Assembly: GCA_003344405.1 (NCBI GenBank)
Contig: NOWV01000254.1
Location: forward strand, 1 to 64,000
Direction: 5' to 3'
DNA from: Trichoplax sp. H2
Taxonomy: Eukaryota
DNA: 64,000 nt
Shown: piece by piece, positions 60,401-64,000 of the stretch
How the letters are laid out: each line of letters starts with the position of its first letter
How positions within the stretch are numbered: the first letter of the stretch is position 1
Translations under genes and position numbers: made by a program
Notes under the pieces: generated by a model
What the model saw: the letters and a program-made list of their open reading frames with translations, nothing else
Told to the model about the DNA's origin: nothing
Databases searched by the model: none

Positions 60401-63400
60401 TGATCAGTATCACGTATCTCGTTGTGCAAAAGCTCATTTCATTTAATATCAAGACATGATAATGTATAACTATTGATTCATGCTCAATACTACTCTTTTA
60501 TGTAGGGTAATCGCGGTAATCATTAGGACTTACTAACATAAGAAATAATAAAGTTAAACCGAAAATAACTTGCCCGATAGGAATAGTTCTAATTCTAGTT
60601 GATAATTCTATCTATCTCTTATCCGTTGTATTTATACGGTATCTAACGCTCTTCCAATATGGATAAGATTTCAGAATTTAATAGTAGATTTTAATCCTGG
60701 TTATTTATGCGCTTTTCTCGTCAACAAAATTCTTTGATTCTGCTATCCACAGATTGTTTTCTAGCCACTTAAGCAGCCTTACTTTTCATTAAAGTTTGTT
60801 GCCATACTATTGCAGCCGCTCTGATCTACATTGATACCTATCATATTTATCGCTAAAATCTTACCCGTTTTTATTAGTTTCATTCCAATTGGATGGTAGA
60901 GATGAATTTTACGTTCCTTCCGTCTATTAAAATCTGATATCTTATTAGCTATCATTGCACTAAGTTATTTGCGATTTCCATTTCTACTTTTTACGTAATT
61001 TTGTCGATATTTCTAATGATACTCGTATTACTGCTAATTATATATTTTATTAAAAAATATTATGCATGCTCATGCCCTCATTTACAATTTCTTCTTAGCA
61101 GAGGTACTCAATCGATTAGTACAGTAATTGCATGATGTATAGTACTGCATGATGAAGTAAGATCAACTCTGCAATTACATATATTTGTAAAAGATACAAA
61201 AAGGGTAAGATCTAGCTTCTAAAACTTCTACAAACTTTGATTCTACTTTGGTGTACCCTGGTCGACTTACGTAACGATGACAGCAAATAAAATCGGGAAA
61301 CAACCAAACAATAATTTATTCAAACTTATAAGAAGTAAGGGACCAAACGACTTTCAAATAATTAATTTCTAAGGTTTAAAAGTGAAGAAATAAGATAAAA
61401 TTAAAACTGTCAACAACCAAACAACCTTACAAGTACAGCTAACAATATCGCTTACAATCCGTGAATCTGAGAGGTCTTTCAAATTTAAATTACTTCTTTT
61501 AAAGTAATTCTTTCCTACTCCACTCTAAATTTTCCAATTGTACCGCCATTTATAAGCTTTGTAGGGCTCTTAATGGAGTTGAGAACTAAACATTGATTAA
61601 CCCATCACACTTAAAATAACTTAAGAAATCTACTTTGCACCATTTAAGAATCAATCACTCAAAGTTCAGATACAATTTACCTTACGATTCCGTTACAAAA
61701 CGTTAGAAAACTAACAAATTAACTATCAAACATCAAATTTTATGGCTACGCTGATTTTTAACTACTAAACTTTATGCAAATCGGAAAATTTACTTTTAAA
61801 TATCGAGACTAAGTCATTAAAATAATGATTAAAAGTGGCAACCGCCATCTTATTTATCACTTTTCGAAACTTAAATTTCGTCATTTAACTTTTATGTTGT
61901 TTTCTAAAATTTCTAAGTAATAAGTTTCAAATTCATCACCAAAATTCACGTTTTAATAATTAGGGCTCCATTTTTTTGTCTTTTAATATAAGTTCTATAT
62001 TGAAATTGATCCAATCAATCAAGTAGGAATCGAATTTTAATTTATTTGGATTTAATGCTATTGTCACGCTACATCCTCATTTCGATTGAATAGATGAGTG
62101 AATACGGTAGCATCTTATTCAGTCAATTAAAATGTTAAATCGGCATTATTACTAACTGCTAAGAATTGCCTTCCATTTTTTTTACTTATATTTGAACATT
62201 TTAGTCAAGTTGAGTGAATAAACCTAATGGAATAGAAGCTTTTCCCTCGAAAGCTTTTATTTTAGTAGCACTTTCTACGTATTGTAATGATTGATAAGTT
62301 TCGTGTAGTTTATTCTTAAATTTTTGATTAAGTATCGCATGTTCATGATTAATATATAATCAAGTTTTTATGGAGATTAACATTTCTAGCGATAATTTTA
62401 TCGGTTATCTCTTTATTTTTATCTGAAAGAAAGAATTTATTAAATGAAAGACCCATCAATTTCTTTAAAGTGGACGATTTGTACTGAAAAGGAATGATCA
62501 AATTCTGTTTCTAGCATGTTTCAATTTAAGATCGATATCATTTTGATCTGGTATTTGTTACCGTTATTCCTAAGTTAATTGTTCTATTCATCCATGACTT
62601 TACCGTTGAAATCCAGCATTACAAATAGCTGTAAATCAGAAGGGAAAAATTTAGTAAGTCGAATGCTAACGAGATTGCAGTTTTTGAATAAGATCTTCAT
62701 AAAGATACTAAGTGTTCGAGCGAAATCAGTCACTAGACAAGCTAATATTTTCAGTTTATTGGCAAAGTCAATACCTATCCTGTAATAATAAGAATGAACT
62801 ATATAGTGAAAGTCTTCAATACTATGAATTAATTAATAAGCTTTTACTTTCAGTTTTTTGATTTGTTACTTAAAGAATTGAAATCTATAATCTAAAGAAG
62901 TTGTATTATTTTGTTTTAAAAGATAACCGAATTGAACTTGCTTCAGATTACTATCGTTAACTTCGTACCGCAATTCTGATTTTAAATATGATGATTTATC
63001 CAATACCGCGAAATCCTCTAAAATTTCAATATTAGTACCTACAGTAATCTTATTTTGTCAATCTGATAATGACGTCGGGAGTTTTATATTACTGCGGGTT
63101 GATAGATTTAAAATGATATCATAAAAATGAAGCTTATTAGTTGATATATATTTAGAATACTATATAGACCAATTTATAGTATGTTCTATATGACATAACG
63201 TTTGAAGTCAAAGTTCTATTTAATTCCGGTGCTTTAAAACATCGGACTGATTTCATAGGCAAATATTAATAATGATTTTAGGATATCGTTACCAACGGTA
63301 ACTTTGCATCTTAGTAAATTTGGTAAAGATCCCGATATCTTTATAGCATGTTTGATAATAATTATACATACGTACATATATAATTTAGAGATTACATCAT

Positions 63401-64000
63401 AGAAAATGATTGTATTCATTTAGCTTTCTTTAAATTTAAAGATTAATCCATGTGACAAGTCAATTAATAATTTATTATAACTTAGTTTAGAAATATCAGC
63501 GTTGATCTAATTGAACATGATAAAAATAGTTTAAATCAGTATTAAAAGTAACACGGTATACAATATTGCAGCCAAATAAATGAAAAATCTCAGAAATTTT
63601 TATTTTATATCGATTGATTTATTATCGATGGAATCATCCTATCGTCGTTAATGTGATCAAGATTTCAATAATTTCACCTTGTGTTAAGAATTTGAGATTT
63701 ATATTGCATAATTATAGTGGCTGAACGCATTTAATTGGTTTTAATTGAAGGCAAAAAATTAATCGATATCACATAGCAAACTAATAATCATACTCTCTAT
63801 ACGAAATGAGATCTTGCCTTTAGGATAGCAGTATCGATAGTATAGGTCAAGTTTACTGATTGTAACTAATTCATCAAGTTATCAAATCATTGCTAATTTT
63901 ATAAACTGCATATTAAGAAATTAGATTGTATCTTATCGAAATGTCATCTTTTCGACTGGCTATTTTTGAATAGTGCAGGATTAATTATGTCCCACTAATT

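Overview
AT-rich, intron-dense eukaryotic DNA from an animal. The compact genes, short GT-AG introns and 20-N scaffold gap resemble a small basal-metazoan genome such as a placozoan, but that is inference, not a confirmed identity. I assembled nine spliced genes by reading exons by eye: GTPBP3/MnmE (+, 5' end upstream of the window), HAGH/glyoxalase II (-), CCDC13 (-), a PAR/NFIL3-like bZIP factor (+), XYLB (-), a MYO1B-like class I myosin (+), SEM1/DSS1 (-, missed by the ORF track), MANBA (+) and AARSD1 (+). The last ~9.5 kb has no gene I can support. The main unexplained signals are: (1) dense TACAG/TACTG arrays in two divergent promoter regions, matching the Tc1/mariner excision footprint, one enclosing a 63-bp inverted repeat; (2) a bZIP gene whose first exon joins the bZIP exon through the strong splice sites only after a +1 shift near ATT-TAG-C; (3) a myosin-I neck with 8 IQ-like motifs, five on tandem 87-nt exons; (4) a presequence-like N-terminal extension on AARSD1. 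Exon boundaries were read manually and no database searches were run.
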